Source: Candidatus Woesearchaeota archaeon (GTDB lineage Archaea; Nanobdellota; Nanobdellia; Woesearchaeales; DSVV01). From it: a stretch of DNA of 35,585 nt. The stretch covers positions 1 through 35,585 of the forward strand of contig JACQSP010000090.1 in the NCBI GenBank assembly GCA_016205905.1, in the 5' to 3' direction. Under the pieces are notes generated by a model. The model searched no databases and was not told the DNA's origin. It saw only the letters and a program-made list of their open reading frames with translations. A program made the position numbers and the translations under genes. This document shows positions 16,185-25,825 of this stretch, in pieces (within the stretch, counting starts at the first letter, position 1; each line of letters begins with the position of its first letter).

Positions 16185-18482
16185 ATGAACAAAACATCCC
16201 AACTCGCAATCTTTATGATTCTTGGAATTGTGTCTGTTATTCTCATAGGTTTGGCATTATTCGGCATTTCTAGCTCGACAGAAAAAGGTTTTGTAACAAA
16301 ACAGTCCCAATTAGGAGAGCTGTTTATCGGCAAAGGTAAATATACTACTTACATTAAAAGCTGTCTTGACCAGGCAACAAAACAAGGTTTAGTATTAGCA
16401 GGTAAACAAGGCGGCGCAATTTATGATAATCAGACCATTGGCGGTAAACAGTCGCAGACAAGCAAATATTATGAATTAGATGGTATAAGAATACATTATT
16501 CATTGCTTTCTCCAACAATAATTAAATTGCCAGAATATCCTTATATTCCAAGTACAATAACATTAACATCTTCCCCTTTTCTAGCTCAAGAACCTTCTAT
16601 TTATGGTGTACCAACACCATTTATTAGTGTCATTAATAATCCGTTCATACCTTTATGCGACAGGTTTGGCCCAAACAATGACCCTAAATCTAATGTGCCT
16701 TACTGCGGCAATGCACCGTACATTTTTGACACTGAAAACATTAACGATCATAACTCTGTCCAAGAATATTTAGGTAAATACATCACGCAAAAAACAAACG
16801 AATGCATAAAACTCGAAACACTGCCAGAGCTTCAAGGATATAACATTATTAAACAAAATTTCAATGTAGACATTATTTTGACAGAATCATCTGTTGTTGC
16901 TAATCTTAACATGACGTTGGCATTATCAACACCGCAGTCAACATTAAAAGAAACCCTGCCGGTGATAGATATCAGCGGTATTTCAGTAGAGAAACATATC
17001 AGGCTAAAACACATATTTGAATTATTGGCAAGAATGAGGCAGGAAGATTCAAAGAATATATTTTTCGAGATAACTAATGCGCAGACATTAAAAACTTGCG
17101 GTCCAAACGAAAATTTGCAGTGCTTAAAGCCAGGAATGATTGTCTCAACCCAGAAATTACCAAATAATGATTATGTTGTCAAGATTACTGACACAGAATC
17201 ATTGATTGACGGAAAGGAGTTTAGTTATCAGGTAATCTTTCAGAATAGAAACCCAACTTTAGATTATTTAACTGCACCAAACTTAAATCCAGAATTTTCT
17301 GATTACAATGCTGTTCTTGTCGAGGGAATGACTCTTGTAATAGATCCTTATGGATATGATCCTGACGAGGATAATCATGAGCAGGGGTTTATGAAAGATT
17401 ATTATTATTACGAGGCAGTTGATGGTTATACTAAATTTGATGCAGACAAGGATAATGACGGAGTGATTGATTGTATTCCGACGACAAACAGCGGTTTAGA
17501 CGGAATAAAAGATTCATTAAAAAGCTGCCTTGTGCAAGACAAGCTGCCGTCAGCATTCAAGGGAAGAAAAGTAACTTATAAACTAACACAACATGATGCC
17601 GGCGAACATATTATCCGAGTAAAAGTCTGCGATAATACAAACAATCCCAAATGTGACTGGCAGGACGTAAAGATTTTTGTTATTCCATTGTTGGCTTTCG
17701 GTACAGATCAGAACGGAAATCCTTTTCCTTTTGATTCAACCAAAGATTACCAAATCTCGGGTTATCCAATTTATTCAACTAATCCAAGTGATACTGTAAC
17801 TTTAGGTGTAAAACAAACAATTACTTCAGAATCATTATTAACACCACAACCACAAGAACCAACTTTGCCTGACACAGAAAACACAGAATCACAACAAGGA
17901 TCAGAAACACAATCAGGAGATGATACTCAAGATTCATCACAATCTTCTCAACCTTCTTCACAACAAGGATATTCTTCGCCAACACAACCTTCAACACATT
18001 CATCCTCGCAACAAACCACACCAATAGTCACGCCAACTATACCTTACGATAACACCGACGTTGATATTCTTATTTCTAGAGCATTAAGCGGCACAAAACT
18101 GCCTTACGAAATGTATTACTTTGAAAACAAATATCTTATAGTGAAAAACACTATTAATAACCAAGGTCCAGAAGTTGTGCCAGAAACAGACGCATTTAGA
18201 CAGTTCGCTGAAAAAGGCGATAATGGAAAACCTAACTTATACATACAAAAAAAGATTTATGGTACCAACCAGCAAAGCGCACTTAACCAAAAGTTAGCTA
18301 CAGGAAAAAACCTGTTTTTTATTTACATCCCTGAGCCATGCACACAAGGAGCGTTCTTCCAAGGATACTGTCATTTTGGTGACAAATGTTATTATAATAT
18401 GAACATAGTTAATCATAATTTTCAAACAGCGTGGGACAATTGTCCTTCTGCAAAACTCTGTACAGAAACAGGGTGTAAATAA
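16185..18482 (+). CDS. Large exported protein 2 (765 aa) with pilin-type N-terminus, Ig-like/Ca-binding-like motifs and an S/T/Q/P linker
   Basis: MNKTSQLAIFMILGIVSVILIGLALFG. DPYGYDPDEDN and DKDNDGVID (DxDxDG-like). Low-complexity TPQPQEPTLPDTENTESQQGSETQSGDDTQDSSQSSQPSSQQGYSSPTQPSTHSSSQQTTP. Cys-rich C-terminus. Confidence 0.75.
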   Translation: MNKTSQLAIFMILGIVSVILIGLALFGISSSTEKGFVTKQSQLGELFIGKGKYTTYIKSCLDQATKQGLVLAGKQGGAIYDNQTIGGKQSQTSKYYELDGIRIHYSLLSPTIIKLPEYPYIPSTITLTSSPFLAQEPSIYGVPTPFISVINNPFIPLCDRFGPNNDPKSNVPYCGNAPYIFDTENINDHNSVQEYLGKYITQKTNECIKLETLPELQGYNIIKQNFNVDIILTESSVVANLNMTLALSTPQSTLKETLPVIDISGISVEKHIRLKHIFELLARMRQEDSKNIFFEITNAQTLKTCGPNENLQCLKPGMIVSTQKLPNNDYVVKITDTESLIDGKEFSYQVIFQNRNPTLDYLTAPNLNPEFSDYNAVLVEGMTLVIDPYGYDPDEDNHEQGFMKDYYYYEAVDGYTKFDADKDNDGVIDCIPTTNSGLDGIKDSLKSCLVQDKLPSAFKGRKVTYKLTQHDAGEHIIRVKVCDNTNNPKCDWQDVKIFVIPLLAFGTDQNGNPFPFDSTKDYQISGYPIYSTNPSDTVTLGVKQTITSESLLTPQPQEPTLPDTENTESQQGSETQSGDDTQDSSQSSQPSSQQGYSSPTQPSTHSSSQQTTPIVTPTIPYDNTDVDILISRALSGTKLPYEMYYFENKYLIVKNTINNQGPEVVPETDAFRQFAEKGDNGKPNLYIQKKIYGTNQQSALNQKLATGKNLFFIYIPEPCTQGAFFQGYCHFGDKCYYNMNIVNHNFQTAWDNCPSAKLCTETGCK

Positions 18483-18611
18483 AGTGTTAATATTAATGTG
18501 ATAGTGCAGGTAATTTCAATTGTACACATTTTGTGTACAACTCAACACCCTGTTCAGTTTCTCTTGCTTTTAACATATTTCAATAGTTTCTAGGATTAGT
18601 ACTATCAGTTA

Positions 18612-18811
18612 ATGTTCTGTTTTTTAATCTTATTTTCCGTTTTCAACTCGTTCTAGGGACGAAGTCCACGTCCACAAATAAAGGTAAGAAGTAAGAGGTT
18701 TGAGGTAAGAGGTACGATGATAACCTCGTAGTTGTTCCCTCTTACCTCCTACTTCTTACCTTTTACCTTTTTTTCATAAGACGTGTGGCTTCGCCTAGGA
18801 ACTAAAAAAAT
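18612..18811. repeat. Composite repeat: family-1 shell enclosing an inverted family-2 core; outer ends approximate
   Basis: Shell blocks CTAGGGACGAAGTCCACGTC (left) and GACGTGTGGCTTCGCCTAGGAACTAAAAA (right) are inverted. The interior 18679-18774 is a full family-2 element whose core (18704-18739) is the reverse complement of the other three. Confidence 0.7.
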
Positions 18812-18897
18812 AAAAAAAGCAATTACTTATTCCCTCGTAACCAGATAAAAACAACATATTTAAATAGTATTAATTAATAGATTAATAGTTATATACT

Positions 18898-21800
18898 ATG
18901 AAACATAAAAAAGAGCTGATGTTACTGATAGTTTTAACTATTTTTCTCTCTCTTGTTTATTCTTTTTCTTATATTATACCATTAGTTTATGCGCAAGATG
19001 ATTGGTGTTATTTTCCTAATTTAGTAGATAAACCATGCACACAAATATTACCTAACACTGAAATCGCGTCAGAAGCTGACTGCAAAGCACACAGTGGTGA
19101 AATATCTTATGAAAATGAATGCACAACTGGTTGTTGCTGTATTTGGAAACCTGTTGACACAAAGTATGAACAGCAAACAGGAACTACTAAAGGATATTGT
19201 AACAGTCTTCCTAGCTCTGTTTTTAATCCTTCTGTTTCAAGCCCTGCATTATGTACAAATTATTGCAATTCTTTAACTGCTCTTTCAGGCGATGAAGGTA
19301 AATTGCCAGCTTGCATGAATGGCATTGATGATGATAATGATGGTCTTACTGATTATCCTATTGATGAAGGATGCTCTGCTAAAGAAGATGATTCAGAAGA
19401 AGCAACAGCATCAGAAAAAGAATGCAGCGATCAGATAGATAATGATGGCGACGGAAAAATAGATTATTATGGATTTTATGAATCTTCTTATCAAGCACAG
19501 GATAATAAAAATTATGCAATATATCAAAACTTGCTTAAACAAGGCAAAACACCAGATCCATGCTGTACCAAATCCTTCGGCTTGTCTGAGAAATGCAGTT
19601 TTGACGAATGTAAGGTAGGAGAAAACAAAAAAGAAGATGGACTTTGCCAGTGCGGAAAAGAGGTTTGCGGTTTCCCTGAAGTTATTAATCCTTTATCTGA
19701 AATAGGCAATATATATGCAACTGGCAAATATTGTTGCGCAGGTAAATGTAGCATTGTACCATGCGGACCTTGTACTGAAGGAGAAACAACTTACGTGATA
19801 GATAATAGTGGTAAGACTACTTATACATGTGAAAATGGAATATTTAAAAAGGGAATAACTGAACCAATTGGCGCTCCAGAGCAATGTTTTGGCGCTGAGA
19901 TAGACGAAGATAATAATGGTGCTACCAATTGTGAGGATACAAAATGTTATACTTTAAAATGTTCAATGGATAAGGGCGCAACTAAAGATTCAGCAGGCAA
20001 CGTAATTATTCCTGATGGTTGTGGAAAAACCCCTAGTCTAAAAGTTTCCTACTTCGACGAGTCAGACGATTTTTGGAAATGCTGTTTCTCTATGGGTGGT
20101 AAAAGCAGAGTTAATGACTGCAAATATAATGACGGTGTTCCTGATACTTGCGGAGCTTGCGAATGTTTAAATCTCCACAAACCAGCGCAAAACCTTAAAG
20201 TACAGCATGTTTATGGCCAAGCAAAGTTAAACCTAAGCTTTTATTTTGAATGCCAAGAGCCAGAAGTTAAGTTAAAAGTGTTAAGATGCGACGGAACAGC
20301 AGGAAGTTGCGGTGTGAATAACGACGGCACAATTACTTTAGAAACAAGCACAAAGTTTGTTGATGTTTCTGATAATATGGATTGTTTATTAGAACAATTA
20401 GATGCAAATGGAAATCCAACGAAAATCGTTTGTTTCGGCGATAATGGTATCTTACAACCAGGACCAAAACAAAGCTTAGACGTTTCAGCAATATTTGACA
20501 CAAAAATCCTGCCAGAAAAAGATTATACTTATGTACTCGAATCTGTTTATCCTGACAAAGAAATAAGTTTTTCTAATGCTTTCAGCATGAAATCCGGATC
20601 AAAGATGTGCTTAAGCCATTCTGGTCATTTTTGTATAAGAAACAATTTAGATTATTTAGGTTCTGAAACAAAAAAATATTCTTGCGACGAGAATAATAAA
20701 CTTCAAGTTGAAAATTGTCAGGGCAGTTCAGGAGAATGGCCTGAAGAAGTTTGCATGGAAACAAAAGATACTAATGGTGTAATTGCCACAACCTGTGCTC
20801 TTAACACTCCTTGCATTTTTTGCGGTAACCCTTTTAATATGTATGGCAGTTTAAGTTTAAGCAGCAGCACATTATCAGTTCCAGAGGAATATTACGGATA
20901 CAAACCAACAACTAATGAAGAAAATTGCTATCTTAATTCCGTATGTTATTATGATTCAACCAATACAATTAAAGATGCGTATGATTCATGCAAGAATATA
21001 GGAAGTTGCTCTAATTATAAATCCGAAAATGCTTGTGCAAATTCACAAAATCCTACTGTAACCAATGTAAAGAACAAATGCCTGCCTTATAATTGTCAAT
21101 GGGTTGCCTTTGAAACTTTCGAGCCTTATGCAATAGAAGCAGGTATTTGCACAGACGCTACCACAAACTATAAAACCTGCGATATGTGCAACAAATTGAC
21201 GTCTAAATTATTTGGCGGTTGTAATCCTGATACTTGTAAAGATAATTTTAAATCAGAAACAACATTGTGTTATTTTGACCAAGTTAAAACCTCGTGCGTA
21301 GAATCTTCTAAAATAACCTGTTCTAATTATGACACAGAAGAAGATTGTCATGCGAGTTACGGTACTGATGATTATGGTGAAGCACATTCTGTCGAGGTAA
21401 ATGTCACTTATGACACTTCAGGAAAAAGAATCTGGGGTGACAATTCTATTATTGAACCCAGCCATGACCTTCTTGATTTTAAAATATGTAAATGGAAAGA
21501 TGATACAGATGCCTGTATAAGAGACGCTAACGGCGACGGCAAGTATGATGTTGCTGGCGAGAAAGCTATTGATATCACACCACCGCAGACAGAAGTTATT
21601 GCGCCGTCAAATGTTGGTCAGATAGAATTAAAATTTGCCATCAATGATCCTACTTTTGAAGGAAGGCCCAGTTCAGGTGAGTTAAAGACATATTATTGTT
21701 TCCCTGACAATACACCATTGCCTAAAGAAATAATAGACCAATATAAAAATCAAACCAATTTCAAAGATGGCACAACTGAAGAAAACATTAATTATTGTTA

Positions 21801-24800
21801 TCCAGATACTTTATTTGTTCCAGATGCAGGAAGCACATCAAAAATACTTTCCATGGAAAGCGGCCAACAAACAATGTTTTTCTATTCAGAAGATGGGGCG
21901 CATAATCTTGAACCTGTTCAATCATTCACGTTTAACATTGATAACAAACCACCAGTAATAACAATTACTCCTTATCTAACACTTGACCAGTCTTATCCGT
22001 TTGAGCAAAGCAGTGTATTATTATCAGTAGAACTCGACGAGAAAGCAACATGTTACGATATTTTTGAAGATTATGACGGCATTAAAAAAATTAATTATGA
22101 GTCAGGTAACTCTTTCCAGGCAGTTTATGATAATTTGGAAGACGGAACTTATCTGTACACAGTTGTATGCGAAGATAAATTGGGCAACAAGATTAATAAA
22201 ACCGCTTCTGTAAAGATTGATGCTGATCAGGAAATACAAGGTTCTTTGCCTGAAGGAGTAATAGATTATAGTCCTGTAAACTTAGAGATTAAGACGACAC
22301 ATAAAAGTCCAAATGATGATTGCAGAATTGGTACAGGCGATACTTTTGATGTGTTAAGCGGTTTTGCCTCAAAAACACAGGCAGACATATTTACTAAATA
22401 TTCTACACCATTCTCTTTGACAGAGAACAAAGTTTACGAGTTCAAGGTAATGTGCAAATTTTCAGGAAAATTGCATAAAGACGAAATCCAGTTTGTCTAC
22501 GACACAACCCCGCCAAAAACCTCATTGACAGATTCTGCTGGAAACACGTTTGATATTTCTAAATGGTACAATAAACAGGAAGCCTCACAATCAGTTTACT
22601 TAAAATGCAATGACGAGCCAGAATATGGTTTTGGATGCAAAGAGACAAAATATTGCATAGAAACAGGTTCAGCCAAATGTAATATTAATTTTGATGCAAG
22701 TTCCACTCCTGCTGTAGGCACTATATATGAATCATACTCAGCAGTTAAAATCTCGCCCACACCACAGCCGCAATGGCTATGCTATCAATCAAAAGAAGAT
22801 ACATACCCCTCAGATTTAAGTTCATACAGTTCATATGGTGGCAGTATTGAAGAAAAACAGTGTGTTAAACTGTTAATAGATTCTAATTCTGGCCCAACAG
22901 TAGAGGTTCCATTATTAAAACCACACACAGAAATGATTAATGCATACGAATATTTCACACCATTGTTCACAATAAACGGCGAAGTTGTTGACAGCGATGC
23001 AGAAGCAAACCCACCACCTCAAAACAAGCTTACTATAGACGTTTATCCTATCACAGAGGATTATTTAAAATCATTAGCGAAGCAAATTGATTCTCAGCAA
23101 GCAGGGCAAGCCCAAGCACCACCACAGCTAAAAGCAACTCAAACATTTACTCTCAATGCAAACAATCAATTCTCACAAGAATTAACCCTTTCATCTGGCC
23201 TTAACAAGATTGTGCTGAGTGCCACTGACCGTTCAGGAAAAACTTCAGGCATTTATGAATATTATATCATGGTTTCAAATTTTGACGGCAATTTGTTTGA
23301 AGTTATCTCTCCGCCAAAAGGTGTTTCTGAGACAAAAGAGTTTGATTTAATTATAGAAACAACTAAAGACCTTCCAGCAGCAGAAAGCTGCGCCTTATCA
23401 ACAAATCCAAAAGTCGGTTTCACGTCACAGATGCAGAAGATTGAAGGCAAGAAATTCAAGAATCACATTAATTTTCCAGGTATGAAAGAAGAAACATATT
23501 ATACTGTTTATGTCAAGTGTACATTTCCAGGTGGTGTGTTTGACATCAAGGAAATTGATTTAATCTGGGACACAACACCGCCGTCAATAGAAAATAGTTT
23601 TATTCAGCCCAGCGACGGAAAAAGTCCGCCGTCAATTATTGAGCCGCCGCTTGAAACAAACCTTACTATAATAACTAATGACAAATCAAGATGTAAGTTC
23701 TCAGAGAAAGAAAACTCAACTTATTTCACAATGTCGCTTTTCAAAGAGTATGAAACACAAAACTTGAGTTATGTGAACGAGCATCCCTTAACCAATCTTG
23801 AGGACAAGAAAAATTATACCTATTATGTCAAGTGCGACAATGGCCCGACAGAGCCTGCTTCGATGCATATTTCTAATGAGGCAAAAATAACTTTCTCAGT
23901 TGACACGTCGCAGTTCACAGGCTTGGAACTGGTTAAGCCTGCCCAATTTATAGGTTACACATCTGTTAATTTTGAGCTTCATACAACAAAAAAATCAACC
24001 GAATGCACTTTTGGCCCAACACAAGAATTAGTTGGCCAATATTCTATGAAAACAGTTACAGAAGGAGTTGATGCATATAAAGTACATACCGGCGGTCCAT
24101 TAACATTAATCGAAGGAGAGCATGACTTTTATTTCGAGTGCCTTACTGCAGCAGAAGGGCCAATCTCAGAAGATTTTGTATTCACTGTTGATTTATCGCC
24201 GCCAGTTGTTCAGGTAAAAACACAGCCATACACGAGCTCATTAAACACATTGACAGCAAACTGGGAAGCTTATGATAATAATACACAAATTAAAGGATAT
24301 AATTATTCAATAGGCACTAAACAAGGTATTGCAGATATATTTGATTGGGCAGTAACTGACAGTGAAAAGAAAACCATACACAATCTAAATTTAAATAATG
24401 AGACCACATACTGGTGGAATGTTAAAGCAATAAACTCTGTTGGTTTAGTCAGCACAATAGCAAGCAACAGCACTTATGTTGATACAACTTATGATCCTGG
24501 TTTTGAAGTTAATATCACTAACATTAATGTTTGCAAAGATGATGTTCTCGACAGTGATGAGACAGATATAGATTGCGGCGGAAGCTGTCAAAAATGCAGT
24601 AATGGCAAAAACTGCAAATCTGAAACAGATTGTATCGGCGGTAAATGCGAAAGTGGAATATGTATTAGTGCAAGCTGTGAAGACAATATACTTAATCAAT
24701 TAGAAACCGATATAGATTGCGGTGGTTCTTGCGCTTCTTGTCAGGAAGGAATGAATTGTAACATAAACAGCGATTGCAGTACGGGATTTTGTAAATCAGG

Positions 24801-25818
24801 ATTTTGTACATTGCCAAGCTGTGATGATAATGTTCAAAACGGACAGGAGCAGGGCATAGATTGTGGCGGCGCTTGTCCAAATATTTGTGAAATTATACCT
24901 TCATATGATGAAGAGGAAACTTGTGATGATGGAATTAAAAATCAAGATGAAACAGGAATAGATTGTGGTGGATCATGTAAAAAATGTGAAACACCTCCAC
25001 AAAAAACAGAACCAACAGACGAGCCTTCAACATGGTGGATATGGTTAATTGTGCTCCTTATTATCGCAGGTATTGGCGGCGGCGGGTATTATTATTATAA
25101 TAATTATATTTTCAAGGCAAAATATCCTAACTCACAACAAAGAATGCAGTCAAGACCTTTATCACCATTCTCACAACCACAACAGCAATCATCAGTACAA
25201 ACCAGAATGCCACAATCAAAACCATTGGGCATAAGGCAGACATTTAACAGATTCTTTAAACCTTTGCCAAGAGAGTTTAGAGAAAAACGTGCACAGGAAA
25301 AACTTAAACAAAGAAGTAAACTATTTGGCGCATTTGAAAGTGCAGGCGAACAAAAAGAAAAATCAGAAATAAAACAAAACTTAACCAGTGCAAGAACAGA
25401 TATGAAAAAAGAAGAACCCAAAACCCCACAACAACCACCTATACAAAAACAAACACCAATCCAACCTAAAATCCAGCCCAAACTTCAGATTTCAGAAGCA
25501 TTTAAACCTGAAACAGGTGCAGCTAAAGAAGAAATAAAACTTAAACAAACAGAGTTAAAAGAAATAAAAGAGACAAAGCCACAACAAAAACAAGAAACTA
25601 AAAAACAGCCTGCACAAAAAGAACAAGCACCTAAACTAAAGGCAAAAGAAATCCTCAAACCTAAAAAGAAAGCAGTTGAGCAGCTGACTAAACCCTCAAC
25701 CAAAGCCCCTTCAGCTATTGAAAAACTTTCAAAGCTGAAAAAAGAATCAGCTATGTCAAAACTAGGCAAAGGCAAGGATGCATTTAAACAATTATCAAAC
25801 ATTGCAAAGAAGAGGTAA
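18898..25818 (+). CDS. Giant surface protein 3 (2306 aa): Sec signal, Cys-rich ectodomain with repeated modules, TM anchor and low-complexity cytoplasmic tail
   Basis: Signal ...IIPLVYA|QDDW. DxDxDG-like motifs (IDDDNDGLTDY, IDNDGDGKIDYY, RDANGDGKYD). Repeated modules begin at ITPPQTEV, NKPPVITI, TTPPKTSL, TTPPSIEN and LSPPVVQV. FN3-like LTANWEAYD...YWWNVKAINSVGL. Four DCGGxC repeats. TM WWIWLIVLLIIAGIGGGGYYYY (from 25033). K/Q/P/E-rich tail of about 240 aa. Confidence 0.85.
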   Translation: MKHKKELMLLIVLTIFLSLVYSFSYIIPLVYAQDDWCYFPNLVDKPCTQILPNTEIASEADCKAHSGEISYENECTTGCCCIWKPVDTKYEQQTGTTKGYCNSLPSSVFNPSVSSPALCTNYCNSLTALSGDEGKLPACMNGIDDDNDGLTDYPIDEGCSAKEDDSEEATASEKECSDQIDNDGDGKIDYYGFYESSYQAQDNKNYAIYQNLLKQGKTPDPCCTKSFGLSEKCSFDECKVGENKKEDGLCQCGKEVCGFPEVINPLSEIGNIYATGKYCCAGKCSIVPCGPCTEGETTYVIDNSGKTTYTCENGIFKKGITEPIGAPEQCFGAEIDEDNNGATNCEDTKCYTLKCSMDKGATKDSAGNVIIPDGCGKTPSLKVSYFDESDDFWKCCFSMGGKSRVNDCKYNDGVPDTCGACECLNLHKPAQNLKVQHVYGQAKLNLSFYFECQEPEVKLKVLRCDGTAGSCGVNNDGTITLETSTKFVDVSDNMDCLLEQLDANGNPTKIVCFGDNGILQPGPKQSLDVSAIFDTKILPEKDYTYVLESVYPDKEISFSNAFSMKSGSKMCLSHSGHFCIRNNLDYLGSETKKYSCDENNKLQVENCQGSSGEWPEEVCMETKDTNGVIATTCALNTPCIFCGNPFNMYGSLSLSSSTLSVPEEYYGYKPTTNEENCYLNSVCYYDSTNTIKDAYDSCKNIGSCSNYKSENACANSQNPTVTNVKNKCLPYNCQWVAFETFEPYAIEAGICTDATTNYKTCDMCNKLTSKLFGGCNPDTCKDNFKSETTLCYFDQVKTSCVESSKITCSNYDTEEDCHASYGTDDYGEAHSVEVNVTYDTSGKRIWGDNSIIEPSHDLLDFKICKWKDDTDACIRDANGDGKYDVAGEKAIDITPPQTEVIAPSNVGQIELKFAINDPTFEGRPSSGELKTYYCFPDNTPLPKEIIDQYKNQTNFKDGTTEENINYCYPDTLFVPDAGSTSKILSMESGQQTMFFYSEDGAHNLEPVQSFTFNIDNKPPVITITPYLTLDQSYPFEQSSVLLSVELDEKATCYDIFEDYDGIKKINYESGNSFQAVYDNLEDGTYLYTVVCEDKLGNKINKTASVKIDADQEIQGSLPEGVIDYSPVNLEIKTTHKSPNDDCRIGTGDTFDVLSGFASKTQADIFTKYSTPFSLTENKVYEFKVMCKFSGKLHKDEIQFVYDTTPPKTSLTDSAGNTFDISKWYNKQEASQSVYLKCNDEPEYGFGCKETKYCIETGSAKCNINFDASSTPAVGTIYESYSAVKISPTPQPQWLCYQSKEDTYPSDLSSYSSYGGSIEEKQCVKLLIDSNSGPTVEVPLLKPHTEMINAYEYFTPLFTINGEVVDSDAEANPPPQNKLTIDVYPITEDYLKSLAKQIDSQQAGQAQAPPQLKATQTFTLNANNQFSQELTLSSGLNKIVLSATDRSGKTSGIYEYYIMVSNFDGNLFEVISPPKGVSETKEFDLIIETTKDLPAAESCALSTNPKVGFTSQMQKIEGKKFKNHINFPGMKEETYYTVYVKCTFPGGVFDIKEIDLIWDTTPPSIENSFIQPSDGKSPPSIIEPPLETNLTIITNDKSRCKFSEKENSTYFTMSLFKEYETQNLSYVNEHPLTNLEDKKNYTYYVKCDNGPTEPASMHISNEAKITFSVDTSQFTGLELVKPAQFIGYTSVNFELHTTKKSTECTFGPTQELVGQYSMKTVTEGVDAYKVHTGGPLTLIEGEHDFYFECLTAAEGPISEDFVFTVDLSPPVVQVKTQPYTSSLNTLTANWEAYDNNTQIKGYNYSIGTKQGIADIFDWAVTDSEKKTIHNLNLNNETTYWWNVKAINSVGLVSTIASNSTYVDTTYDPGFEVNITNINVCKDDVLDSDETDIDCGGSCQKCSNGKNCKSETDCIGGKCESGICISASCEDNILNQLETDIDCGGSCASCQEGMNCNINSDCSTGFCKSGFCTLPSCDDNVQNGQEQGIDCGGACPNICEIIPSYDEEETCDDGIKNQDETGIDCGGSCKKCETPPQKTEPTDEPSTWWIWLIVLLIIAGIGGGGYYYYNNYIFKAKYPNSQQRMQSRPLSPFSQPQQQSSVQTRMPQSKPLGIRQTFNRFFKPLPREFREKRAQEKLKQRSKLFGAFESAGEQKEKSEIKQNLTSARTDMKKEEPKTPQQPPIQKQTPIQPKIQPKLQISEAFKPETGAAKEEIKLKQTELKEIKETKPQQKQETKKQPAQKEQAPKLKAKEILKPKKKAVEQLTKPSTKAPSAIEKLSKLKKESAMSKLGKGKDAFKQLSNIAKKR

Positions 25819-25825
25819 ATTACAC

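Noticed and set aside
15930-16202. 90-aa minus-strand ORF in the spacer between giant genes 1 and 2
   Set aside because: It is composed almost entirely of the palindromic repeat 15975-16154 and overlaps both flanking CDS ends.
12288-25481. Numerous 60-125-aa ORFs antisense to or overlapping the three giant genes (e.g. 13158..13355, 14934..15176, 19524..19754, 24445..24699, 25104..25481)
   Set aside because: All are embedded in long uninterrupted ORFs with coherent export signals and repeat architecture. They have no start context, and their translations are compositionally odd.
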